Below the pieces are notes generated by a model, which worked only from the letters and a program-made list of their open reading frames with translations, had not been told where the DNA came from and ran no database searches. This document shows, one piece after another, positions 26,304-39,730 of a DNA stretch of 64,000 bases. Position numbers and translations under genes: made by a program. Numbering within the stretch: the first letter of the stretch is position 1; each line of letters starts with the position of its first letter. The stretch is from Podarcis filfolensis (lineage: Eukaryota): assembly GCA_964270895.1 (NCBI GenBank), contig OZ185442.1, one strand, 5' to 3'.

Positions 26304-27816
26304 ATGGAGACCCACAAGCGGGAGATGGAGCTGCTGAGCAACAGCATGGCAGCCTATGCACACATCCGAGGTGGGTCAGGAAATGGGGGCGGGGCAGACA
26401 TATATTTGAGCAATGGCAGTCTCTGGCACTTGGCCAGAGGTGGCATCTTGTTCCCACTATCCGTCCTCAGCACACTATCTTGGGATGTGGATGGAGGATC
26501 TTCTTCCTCCTGTTTCAAAATGGCAGGCCAACCTCCTTCCTTCCCATCCCCAGAATGGAGTCTGGTTTAACTGCATTTATGAACTGACCGGCCAATTTAG
26601 CCACCAGCCTTTGGATTTCTTCTCTCAGAAGCCAATATAGTCCACTGCATTTCAAGTTCAGGAACCCTCTTGGTCAACTTCATTATAAAAGTTATATTGC
26701 TCCATACAGTGCAGTGTGATTTAGGATACCTCCTTGACTTCATAATGGAAAACAGTGGGAGGCATTCAACACTGTGCTCTTTAATTCATTCATTCATTCA
26801 TTCATTCATTCACTAATTCATATACCGCTGTGTCATTGAGGATGAAGGCTATCCATCCCTTGATGTACAATTCACAAACACCTGAAAGTGAGCATTTACA
26901 ATGTGAAATAAATAAATAATACTCTGGTAACCATTTAAGAAACCTCAGCGAAAGACTACCATGTCAAATTAATTGCCTTCTTCCTGTACCCACTTCCGTA
27001 TTCCCTCATTACATCCCAGCTATTCAAAGGCCATTTCTTTATTTCACACAGAAGAAACTGTATCCCTATATTTTCTATATACGTCATACTACTTTCCCTC
27101 CACCATAGTATTTATCTAAGTTTTAAGCATTTAGTACTGAACAGCCCTTCACCTCCAGCTGCACAATAGTTTAAATCTCTGGTGTCTTTCAGTGTTTGGC
27201 TACTAAAATTCCAGCATCCACAAAGAAATGGCAAATCAACTCAGTTTCTTACCGCCTAATGTCTACAGAGTATGTGGGAGCCCCAGCTCTTAACCATTTC
27301 TGTCCCATTCACTACCATTTGAATCTCAAAAGCCGATCTCCTCGGTGGTCTTCCTAGCCTATCTGACCCTCTCTTCCATGTCTCTCTCATCTAGATCACC
27401 CTGAGAGTTTTGGCCTTTATTTCGTGCTGGGGGTCTGCTTTGGCCTTGTCTTGACCCTCTGCCTGCTGGTCATCCACATCTCATGGCAGCCTCAAGCCAT
27501 CCCCCGCAAGCCCCGAAAAAGCCTACGCGACTTCAGTGAAGATGAGGACGAGGAGGATGATGACGATGAGGAGGAAGAAGACACCATTGACCAAGCTGCT
27601 TCTGAGCCCCCCTTGGCTATGACGGAGCTGCCGCTGGAGGCCCACTCCACCCCTGATGGGACCCTCACCGTCAACGTCTTTGCCTCGGCGGAAGAGCTGG
27701 AGCGTGCCCAGCGGCTGGAGGAGCGGGAACGCATCCTCCGGGAGATCTGGCGCAACGGGCAGCCTGACATCCTGGGCACAGGCACTGGCACCATTGGCAG
27801 AGTCCATTACTATTGA
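26304..27816 (+). CDS. EVA1B: Protein eva-1 homolog B (FAM176B), 162 aa. Coding exons 26304-26370 and 27395-27816.
   Basis: Acceptor at 26284, perfect Kozak gccaccATGg, phase-1 GT-AG intron. Translation METHKREMELLSNSMAAYAHIR-DHPESFGLYFVLGVCFGLVLTLCLLV...NVFASAEELERAQRLEERERILREIWRNGQPD...GRVHYY* matches EVA1B. It lies downstream of STK40 on the same strand, as in human. Confidence 0.96.
26784..26812 (+). repeat. (ATTC)n tetranucleotide repeat, probably the tail of a reverse-strand L2-like fragment in the EVA1B intron
   Basis: Read directly; the LINE-tail origin is inferred. Confidence 0.85.
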
Positions 27817-30620
27817 CCCATGGTTGGCCATGGTCACATTCCTCACCTGGGCAGGGTGGACTGCTACTGAACTCTTGAACCCCCTTGTCTCACCCCAAGG
27901 GATTTATGGTTAATCACTTCACCCAGCCAGTATCTCAAACATTGCGAGACCTGCCCTGATGCCAGATAAGAGGCAGCAGTTTCACACAGGGGTGAGAGAG
28001 GATCAAGTGACAGTGATAAAATGGCAAGAAGGACCAAGATGAGTTAGTTAAACTGTTGGACAGCAAATTCAAGGACTCTGCTCCTTTTCCTCCTGGGAAC
28101 TTGAGAGGGAAGGCAGTGCAGGCAAAGTAAAGGAGCAGCACACAGAACTAATGCCAGTTCTTTTGTTTACATGTGAGGACTATTCCTGATTTTCACAATG
28201 GACATGTGTAGGGAACATGGAAAGTGGTGTAGCAGTGCCCACTGCAGTAACAGAAAGGTACGGGGGTTGCAGTTCACCAGCCTGAACAGACCAAAGTCAG
28301 TACTTGCATGCAGGACTCTGGCTTGCATTGTGCTTAACTGATTTAGTAGGCAAAAAAGGAATATGGTGCTCTTGGGGAGGATTGTGGTGGCAGCAGGGGT
28401 GGTGGTGTCTTATTGCACCTGTCCAGGTACCTCTAAAGGGATGGGTTGGAGGGAATAGACTGCAAGGACCTTCAACCCACCTGTGCTTACACACAACCAC
28501 ATACCAAGGGAGACAGATCAACCGTGACAAAGTTCTGTATCTCCCTTTTTTCCTGGCTGTGTTAGAAGCCTGTTTTTCTCCTACCCCTCCCAAATGGTGC
28601 TTATTATTTCAAGGAGTTGCATAGGGAACAGGTAAGTACCAACTTCAGTATTTTTCCACACTACCAGGAAACTCCCAGTGAATTCTCAGGGTGCAGCACT
28701 TCATCTCATCCCACCTTCAGCCAGGTTGATGCACAACTGGGGTGCATCCTGCAGGGAGGCAGCTTGGGGATGATCCCAGCACTTCCTTTGCTGCCTGACT
28801 CCTCTCATCCCACAAACAGGGTGTGGTTTGGCTAAGTATTATCAAGCAGCAGCAGTGGCCTTTATGGCTCTTTCCCCGGATGGAAAAAGGGGAGGATTAG
28901 CAACCCTCCCACTGGTCCTGTGGGGCGTTGTGCCTGGTGCCCATGTACCCCAGAGGGGGACCTTTTCAACTTTGCACAGACCCATGTTGTATACAGGACA
29001 ACCTTGGTTTTTAACAGGCCGGTAAACTTTTATGTAAAAATGTGCCTTATCTTTCATAAACACCATTCCAGTTTTCCACAACTTGCCTTGTGGTCTCACC
29101 TCCGGTCCTCTGCCTAATTTTACCTGGGTAACAAGGAAAATGGGGGAAGCAGGCGGGAAGGCTAGCGTTCCCCTGCCCCTGGTGGAACCTCCTTTGGTTG
29201 AGATGCTTTGCCAATGCCTCTCTCTCTAAGCCCCCTAATGCACAGGAAGGAGCCAGATGGGAGGTTTGAGAGGGCGGGGGAGTCTGAGAGACTCTTGGCC
29301 ATGTTCCAAGCATATTTTGGTAGTATAAATTCCTTTAACTTTTTCTCTGTCCCCATCCACACACACACAGACCAGCCAACATGAAGGATGTCTAGTCTTT
29401 TCCTGAAAAAGGCTGGTTCTCCTCTGCACCAGACCTTCCCTGTGTTGGAAGAAGAGCTTTTTGTGCCCATGCTACTTGAAGGCTCTTACTGACCTTCCTT
29501 GTTTGGGAGCCCTCTGCTTGGTTCCCACAAACCTCCTCCCCACCCCCCACCTTGACTCAATCTTGGAAAACAGTAACAGGCTGGTGGGACGGGCGGGGGG
29601 GGGTCAGGTTGGGGTTGGCTTCCCAGGGTCACAGCCTCTGTCCAGTAGCCGCATGCTTTCCCCCAGAGACACAGCACTGGTGATGTGGGAGGGGTGGAGA
29701 GTGAGAGCAGAGTAAATGTGTCTGGGCTGGGAATGGTCAGTGCGGAGCAGGGACAAGCACAGCTGAAAATCAGATGCTTAAAGAGTTTATTTTGCAATTA
29801 GGGAAAGCAACCAATTATTCCATCCAAGAAAACAAACCCCACCCCTGACAGCATCTGGCCGCTGGTAGGACATTTGGGGTCATTGGTCCTGGGACAAAAA
29901 GGGCTCAAGGCACACACCCCTTCCTCCCTGCTCCTTTTGCTCTTTATCCCACTCCTCCCTAGTTTGGCTTGATAAAAATAGCCCATCCTCTCCTCCTGCT
30001 GCTGCTCTAATTGGAGCCAGATGTTTTCCTGCAGGCGGGGGGGGGGGGGGGGCTGGGCAGGAAGTTGCCTGGAATGCAGTGGATGAGGGGATGAGAAAGG
30101 GTGTTGGGGGAAGGAAGCCATCCTGCATCTAGGGAGTGGGAAAAGAAGGCAAGGCTTCTGGGTCCAGATGCCCCAAAGAGAGCCTGTGCCAGCCCAGGGT
30201 CTTCCCTGTTCCCATCTGTTGAAAGTTAGGAATGTGACATCTGTTTTTTGTATCCACATCATCAACTGTGTTGGGATTTCATGCACACAGCATCTCCAAG
30301 GCCACTGTCTCCAGTCACCCTGAAATCCTTCTGGGTCCTATCCTGCCCCACATTTTTTCAAGGCTTGTGTGCCACTTCTTTCTGTCTGTGCATGGGAAGG
30401 TTATTATGCCAGCTTCTTAAGTGAGGCTTAATATCATTTTCCTTATATTATCTGGTGTAGGGGGGGAGTTAATGAGTGATGCTTATGACCACCCCACCAA
30501 AACAAACATCATTTAGCTGGCAATTACTGTTGAAACTAAAACCTGACCTACCCAATTCAGTTTAGGTGGAATAGAAAGGAGGGCACCACAAAAAAATTTT
30601 ATGTCTGCAAGAGTCTAAGA

Positions 30621-30756
30621 TAGGCTTCCTAAACCTCAGCCCTCCAGATGTTTTGAGATTACAATTCCCATCATCCCTAACCACTGGTCCGGCTAGCTAG
30701 GGATCATGGGAGTTGTAGGCCAAAAACATCTGGAGGGCCGAGGTTGAGGAAGCCTG
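30621..30756. mobile_element. Young palindromic hAT MITE
   Basis: TIR taggcttcctaaacctc/gaggttgaggaagcctg, a hairpin-like body, and a perfect 8-bp TSD gtctaaga (30613-30620, 30757-30764). Confidence 0.9.
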
Positions 30757-32306
30757 GTCTAAGAGGTTCTGCTTCTGCCAGAGCTAAGAGTCGAAAGGTC
30801 CTGGCTAAGTGAATTTCTTCCCGTTCCCTTAAAAGGGGGCAAATGTCTTGATCCCTACAAGTGTGGGTGATGAGACCCCAAACAGTGTTAAACATTCTCT
30901 CTCTACTCACCTGCCTCCTTGAGTCCCTTTAGGGTTACGAGCAGGACAAACAAAGGCACGTGCCATAGAACATACCACTTATCAAGCGACATCTATTCTT
31001 TAGGAGGGAACCATGATACACAAACTGCCAAAAAAAATACAGGTTCGGAAACTCCCTTCAACCCCTTGAAGGAAACAAGAAGCCAAAACTTCAGGCAGAG
31101 TCTCTTCTTTCTGGCCAGAACGGACTGCCTGGAGCTCTGCCAAACTGGGAGCCTGGAGGTTCTGAGGGAAACTGGTTCTTAGCCAGGCTTGTGCATGTGC
31201 TTGTTTAGTTTCAAGTAGTCACGACCGTATCTCTCCTCTCCCCAAAGAAGCCTGGGACCAGGATATTGGGTGCCTGGCCAGTGCTCTTGATAGCCATTTT
31301 ATCCCTTTGAAAATCCAAGTTTCTAGCTGCAGAGAGGTCCTTTTTGCATGGGGCACCTTCTAAAGAGCATCTCATCAAAAGCAGGAGGACCTGAGTTCCT
31401 CTTTGGTCTCAGTAAGCCATGGTTTGGCCTAGTGCAACATGAGAACAAGGACAACAAAATAAGTAATGGAATAGAGACATCCAGAAGTTGTCTACGCTAG
31501 ACACTTACAGTTCCCCTAGAGTCCAACAGCACTTGTTTTGCACATTTAGCAGAGAGCTAACACACTGTTCCCTCATTTTTTATGGGACACCTACATGATG
31601 ATGCCACCCAGTTGTTATCCTCTTGTGTGTTCTCCACAGTATCGGCTTTTTCTTCATCCATCTTCCCTTAAAAGTCTCTGCACTACACCCGCTGTCACAG
31701 GTGTGCATTTAAATCTTTTTAGATATTGTCCATGGAGGATGGAGAGGTGGTTGTGGGTGTGCTGATGCACATCTAAACACTGTGTGGCTTGAATGCAGCC
31801 TATTCCACAAAGGTTAAGAGCCATGTCTGTCACTTCACAGTGATATTTGTAAGCACTGGAGTACAGTTATGGGAGCTGAACTCTACGAAGCCACAAAGCT
31901 CCGCCTCCAATTTGGGACTTACCTCCTTCTGTTAAATCATCCACATGCAGCCAAGGTCAACAACCAACAGACTGCAGAACAAGCCAATACAGAGACCATA
32001 AAGGGTGCTAATAGCTCGTGTAAAGTTCAGATTTCATCCAATGTAGACCAGCTATCAGTCTGTAGAAATGGGCTCTGAGCCTCACTCACAACAGATAAAT
32101 CGGAAGAGAGTCTTCACTGTTGCTTTCACAAACATCAAAGCTGGGGGCATGTGGAGTAGCCAGCTCCAGGGAACTACAAGCTTTTCCCTGCAGTCATGGT
32201 GGGAGCTGCTCCCCCCAATGCTTTCTTCCCCCTGATGGCTGGTAAGAGCAGTTACATCTGTTTCTGTTTGACTGGGAACATAGGCTGGAGACCTCCAAGT
32301 CGGCAG

Positions 32307-34746
<2,440 letters not shown>

Positions 34747-35251
34747 CTTCCTCAGCGTTGGCTGCCCTGGCAACCGCGTCTCTCGATGACGTCAGCGAAG
34801 CGCGACAAGCGCGGGCTCTTTTCTTCTTCCTTTTTCCTTAAGTTCCTCAGAGCGGCCGCTAAGTGGCGCTGTCCAGGCGCTCTCTTCGTTCTCCGGGCTG
34901 GATGACGGAGGCGAATGTCCTCCGTCATTTGCTTCCAAATTAATTGTTGGTACAATTACATTAAGCACCATCGGTCGAGGGTTTCTCAGCAGGCGCCTAT
35001 AATATCGTCCACTGCATTTTTAGTCTCTTGTTTCTCCAAATAACTGCCCCTTATTTTAGGGCTCATCCTATACGCTAATCCCTTATAACGGAAAGATGCA
35101 GGTTGATATACCAGTGTGATATGATATATTTAATGTAATATAATCTCCCCCCAACACACCTGCCCCCCCCCACTGCCCGCAGCCAAGTCTTGTTGGCAAC
35201 TGTTGGCGGCGAGCTCTCGCGAGGCTTGTTCGCAAGGCATCGCGCATGCGC

Positions 35252-36821
35252 CTTTGAGCCGCGCCATTTTGGAACTGGCTGGCAGACTGGAGCGAGGCCT
35301 TGTGGGCGCGGCGGGGGAGAAACGGCGGCAAAGAGGAGCGTTCAAAATCCGGGATCCCGACTGGAGCTGCTGTGCTTTGCCGGAACTGGGCTAGCAGGTG
35401 AGAGTCGCGGCGGCGACAACGCTTCCTCCTTCTCCTGCCACACCGCCGACCGGCCTGAGGGAAAAGGAGGCGGAGGAAACAATGTTTGCGTGTGGGGGGC
35501 GGGGCTCGTCCGTGGTGGGGGGGCGGAAGAGGGAGGAGAAGCCGGGCTCTGAGGCTCCCATAGTTCGGTCTTTCGCCCCCTGCCTCGAGCATGTGGCCTC
35601 TCCGTCCTTCCCCCGTCTCCTTTCTTCTTCCAAGGGGAAAAAATAATGGGACTGAAGTTCCGTTGGGGTCCAGCTTGGTCGAGGGGCGGCAGTTGGAGGC
35701 GGATTGCGAGGGAGGGAGGGAGAGTGTAGATAGGGCAACCTGGGACGGGGGGCGGGAGTCGTACCCGACTTTACCTGGCTATGAAATGGGAGGGGAGCAT
35801 AGCTGTCAACTTTCAGATTCGAAAATAAGGGATCAGCAGCCTCACCTGTCCCGGGGACAGTCTACGGGATATCTAACAATCCGGGATAGCAGCGGGAAAC
35901 GGCGCTGGAATAAGGGAAATTCCCGCAAAAAAGGGAAGGTTGACAGCTATGGAGGGCAGGAAACGCGCGCGCACTCCCGCAGGTTAGGCGCTGAGATCCA
36001 CGGGCGCTTTTCCTCCTCCGCCCCCACTTTCTTTCCTCGGGTCCCGGATCCTCTGGTGGTTTGCAGCGCCGTCCTGTTGCGTGTTTACTCGGAAGTAAGC
36101 CACACGGTGCGTAACGGGGACTTTTCCCAAGTAACTCTTATGCCTTGGGGTTGCAACTGCAACTCCTCCTTTCACCGAGGACTGCCTTCTCTTTGGCTAG
36201 TTGGGCCAAGGAGCGTGGTTGTTGAGTTTTAATTCCTCTAGTTTCCTTCGCGCCTGCCTCCCATGATAGTATCGCCGTTTCACCCTGCAGTAAGGCATTC
36301 TCACCTCCCCTTTTTGCTGCCGATTTTAGCGTATGCTTCCAGCGCAATCGGCGTGGATTTCGTTGCATGTTATTATTTTAAGGCTTCCTTGTTCACAAGT
36401 ACATGGTGTTCACGTCTGGAGAAAGGAACACTGATTGCAATGTGTCTTGTCTCTTCTTCCCAGCCTGGCCTTCTAGGTGATCTGGATTCTGAACATGAGG
36501 CCTGGATGTTTTGCAACCTGTTGCCTCAGCTTGTGGGGCAAAAAAGGTAGCTGGATTTTGACCAGCAGAGTCTGCTTCGGTTGAAAGGGAAAACGTTGAC
36601 TAAAAAGGGAATTGGGATTAAAACCAGCTCAGTCACTTTTCCACTTCAAACACTTCTGAAGTCTGCAGAACCCACCTCATGAACTTTTGAAATTCTCCTT
36701 AAATTCAGGATAACACCTTGGACTACTATTTTCCCACATGGAATGGATAATTGTATAAACTTCTTAAGTTCTGCATACTACTTTCAAGAGCTGTTTTTGC
36801 TTTCTGGTTCAAACATTTCAG
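35252..36821 (+). other. Putative spliced 5'UTR of the hAT-derived gene: exon 1 from about 35252 to 35397, optional exon 36464-36546, acceptor at 36821
   Basis: Donor CAG|GTGAGA after 35397; branch CTGAT plus pyrimidine tract and CAG at 36431-36463; donor AAG|GTAGCT after 36546; acceptor tttttgctttctggttcaaacatttcAG ending at 36821. Predicted from motifs only, and the transcription start is approximate. Confidence 0.55.
35798..35951. mobile_element. hAT MITE inside the CpG island / first intron of the hAT-derived gene
   Basis: 13-bp perfect TIR CATAGCTGTCAAC/GTTGACAGCTATG and 8-bp TSD gaggggag/gagggcag. Confidence 0.88.
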
Positions 36822-36855
36822 GCAAAACTGAGATTTAGTGCTTCTACGCAACAAA

Positions 36856-38802
36856 ATGCCGAAAAGAAAATGTAAATTTTCTGTTGGGCTACAGAAGAAG
36901 TATACCTGTTTTAGAAGAGGTAGAGATGATTTTGAAGGCGAATGCATGATATGTAAACCGGGTACATTTGTCTCTGTGGCAAATAAAGGAGGACGTGACT
37001 TGCAATCACACGTGGAGTCCGAAAAACACAAAAAAGCAATTCGAGGCGAAGCTTCTTCAGCACAATTAACAGACTTTTTCATAAAACCATGTAGCAAATT
37101 GGAAGATGAAGTAACCGCAGCTGAAGGAACTTTTGCTTTTCACACTGTTAAGCACCACAACAGTTATAACGTGATGGCGTGCACATCAGGCCTACTGAAG
37201 ACAACATTCCCGGATTCCAATATCGCAAGGAAGTTTTCAAGTGCAAAAACCAAGACAGAAGCAATTGTAAATTCTGTCTTGGCACCCGATTGTTTGGAAA
37301 ATGTTTTGAAAAGCATTGAAGAAAATGATATATGTTATTGTGGAGTTTCTACTGATGGGAGTAACCATGGTTCAGTAAAGGTGTTTCCAATAGTTATTCA
37401 GTATTTTGACTGGAAAAGTGGTGGTTTGCAGTCCAAAATAATTGAAATGCGAAGCCAACCCAATGAGACTGCAGATACAATCTTGTCATACGTGAAGGAA
37501 ACTCTTGAAAGTAAAGGACTGCTAAAGAAATGCATAGCATTCATAGGTGACAACTGCAACACAATGTTTGGAGGGATACGATGGGATTCAGAAGGAAGAA
37601 ATGTGTTCGCAAAGTTGAACAATGAGCTAGATAACAAAACTTTAATTGGTGTGGGATGTCCAGGACACATTTTGAATAATTGTGTTCATCAGGCAGCAGA
37701 AACTTTGGACATTGATGTTGAGAGCATCATTTTCAAGATATACCAGTACTTTCACATCTATACAGTCCAAACGGAGCAGTTAAAGGAGTACTGTGAATTT
37801 GTAGATACTGAATACAAAAAGCTGCTATCTCATAGTAAGACAAGGTGGTTGTCATTATTTCCAGGCGTCAATAGACTCATTCGCGTGTTTCCAGCTGTCA
37901 AGGCATTTTTTCTCTCGCAGAATAATCCACCAACAGTGTTAAAAAGGTTTTTTGAGCACGAGTTTAGTGAGGTTTATTTATTGCACTTGCAGTCTCTCAT
38001 GAGTATGTTTCACTCATATATTTTAGAACTCGAAAGGGAAAATAATTCAGTTGTAGAGGTTCTGAAAGTTCTGCTTTGTGTTCAGAATGTGCTCAATGAA
38101 CATAAAAGCAACAACTTTATGTCCCTCAAAGTTAAGAGCCTTCTAGAAGAAAAGCGTAAGGAGGGTCTTGGTGCAGAGTGTAACAAATTCTATGCAGAAG
38201 TAAATAGCTTATATGACAGCTGCATAGAATATCTGGGAAAATGGATGGAGTCCATGAAAGAGTTTTCATGTTTCATGTGGATGTCTCTTAGTGAGTCACT
38301 TGAGTGGGATAAGGTAGAACTTTCCATAAAATTTCTCCTGGACAGGGATGTGTCCATAGATGATGTGAAGTGCTTTGATCAATTCTGCAACCTCAAGAAG
38401 TTTGTGGATCAATACAAAGGTGATGATGGGTTCATTAATCTTCAGGCACATCAGAAGTGGACCAAGTACTTTGAGACTTCCCAAAACATGTGCCACTCAG
38501 AACTTTTGAAGATTGCACAGTTTTTTTTTGCTGTTGCATCACATGATAATGCAAATATGGAACACATTTTCTCTTTGATGCAGAGTTGGTGGAGCAAAGA
38601 AAGAGGCCACTTATCCTTGGAATCGCTGCGGAGTATACTGCTAGTACAATATAATTATAAGCACTTTACTTGCAAGGAATTTCATGCTTATCTCTTAAGC
38701 AATAAGCAGTTGTTGAATAAGATAAGATCTACAGAGAAATATGCTTGGGCCAGACAACATCAGAAAGAAGAACAAAGTGCATTTGAAAGTGACGTTCCAT
38801 GA
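36856..38802 (+). CDS. Intact hAT-superfamily transposase or transposase-derived protein, 648 aa, single coding exon (candidate domesticated gene)
   Basis: Uninterrupted 1947-nt ORF. It has an N-terminal CxxC-x18-H-x5-H BED-like zinc finger (36943-37029), catalytic-type D in STDGSN (37354), D in IGDNCNTM (37549), CPGH CxxH (37657-37668), KTRWLS, and C-terminal NANMEHIFS (E at 38560), which corresponds to the hAT ERxFS motif. A splice acceptor lies at 36821, 35 nt before the ATG. Confidence 0.93.
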   Translation: MPKRKCKFSVGLQKKYTCFRRGRDDFEGECMICKPGTFVSVANKGGRDLQSHVESEKHKKAIRGEASSAQLTDFFIKPCSKLEDEVTAAEGTFAFHTVKHHNSYNVMACTSGLLKTTFPDSNIARKFSSAKTKTEAIVNSVLAPDCLENVLKSIEENDICYCGVSTDGSNHGSVKVFPIVIQYFDWKSGGLQSKIIEMRSQPNETADTILSYVKETLESKGLLKKCIAFIGDNCNTMFGGIRWDSEGRNVFAKLNNELDNKTLIGVGCPGHILNNCVHQAAETLDIDVESIIFKIYQYFHIYTVQTEQLKEYCEFVDTEYKKLLSHSKTRWLSLFPGVNRLIRVFPAVKAFFLSQNNPPTVLKRFFEHEFSEVYLLHLQSLMSMFHSYILELERENNSVVEVLKVLLCVQNVLNEHKSNNFMSLKVKSLLEEKRKEGLGAECNKFYAEVNSLYDSCIEYLGKWMESMKEFSCFMWMSLSESLEWDKVELSIKFLLDRDVSIDDVKCFDQFCNLKKFVDQYKGDDGFINLQAHQKWTKYFETSQNMCHSELLKIAQFFFAVASHDNANMEHIFSLMQSWWSKERGHLSLESLRSILLVQYNYKHFTCKEFHAYLLSNKQLLNKIRSTEKYAWARQHQKEEQSAFESDVP

Positions 38803-38830
38803 GGTAATTAAAAGTAGAAGTTAGCAAATG

Positions 38831-38867
38831 TGTCCTCTTTTTTGTTCTTCAAAATATGGCAACCTTA
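38831..38867 (+). mobile_element. Right terminal inverted repeat/subterminal end of the hAT element (atatggcaacctta, with subterminal tgtcctctttttt)
   Basis: The reverse complement TAAGGTTGCCATAT resembles TAGGGTTGCCA-type hAT ends and the ends of the MITE at 51637-51824. It begins about 50 nt after the transposase stop codon. Confidence 0.7.
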
Positions 38868-39730
38868 GTCTGGAACTGAGAGGGGTGTTATGCACTGTTG
38901 ACACTAAATGTTTTGTACTGACAGTGTATGGTGAATGCTAATGTATAAGTTTGCTTGAAGACAGAGATGCATTATTAAACAGTCTGTCTCCCCACTCTGC
39001 CTCATATTTAAATCAAGCCTTGCAATTATGTATTTGTGCCCCATCTCTCAGCCTTAGTTCCCAAGGCAGCTTACAATGACATTTAAAAATCCACCCAAGA
39101 AATGAAAGGGCCCCTGAGCAAATGAATGGGGGAGGGCACAGGAGGGTGACACAGCCAAGAGGAGCCTTGGGGCAGAGCAGCAGTCCCCTAGGATTGCTAT
39201 CAGCCAGATAAGTCACTAAAGTGTAGTGCCAGTTCCCTCCCTTCAAAACATATTAGTATTAAAAGCTGAAAAGCTATAGGAGAGCCAGTATACTCGCACG
39301 CACCCTCCACTGGTGTAGACCATCTAGCAGGACCATCAAGACATTTTCAATACCAAATCTGGGTCAGAATCAATTTTATAGCAAATGTGGTTATAGTATG
39401 AACAAGAATTGAGAAAAAAGTATTTTAAGACAGTTTGCCAATCTGACTTACACTGCCACAATGATGTCTCCCAGCCCACATAAAGCCCCTGAACTCCTGG
39501 CTCACTGCCCCCTTGATCATGAGATGATGAGGTTCCTTACCACCTTCTCCCTTGAAAAAGTACTTAAAACGGAAGGAGGCAGTTGGACACTCGTTTTCCT
39601 CACGATGTGCTCTCAAGGCTCAGATTAATTCTACTGGACCCAACTTTTGCACAAATCCCTTGGAAAAGTGAAGTGAGTGCATGCACACTTTCTCTTGCAC
39701 ACCCCTGGTATCTATGATGTTAACTGTCGT

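Noticed and set aside
35731-35741. tagggcaacct as a possible left TIR of the hAT element
   Set aside because: It matches TAAGGTTGCC poorly, and the preceding 8 bp do not match the 3' flank gtctggaa. The gtctggag at about 36414 is not followed by a TIR either.
35203-36500. TMEM234 as the + strand gene converging on DCDC2B, as in human
   Set aside because: No TMEM234-like transmembrane exons were found in any frame, and the ORF starting MAASS begins at TTG and diverges immediately.
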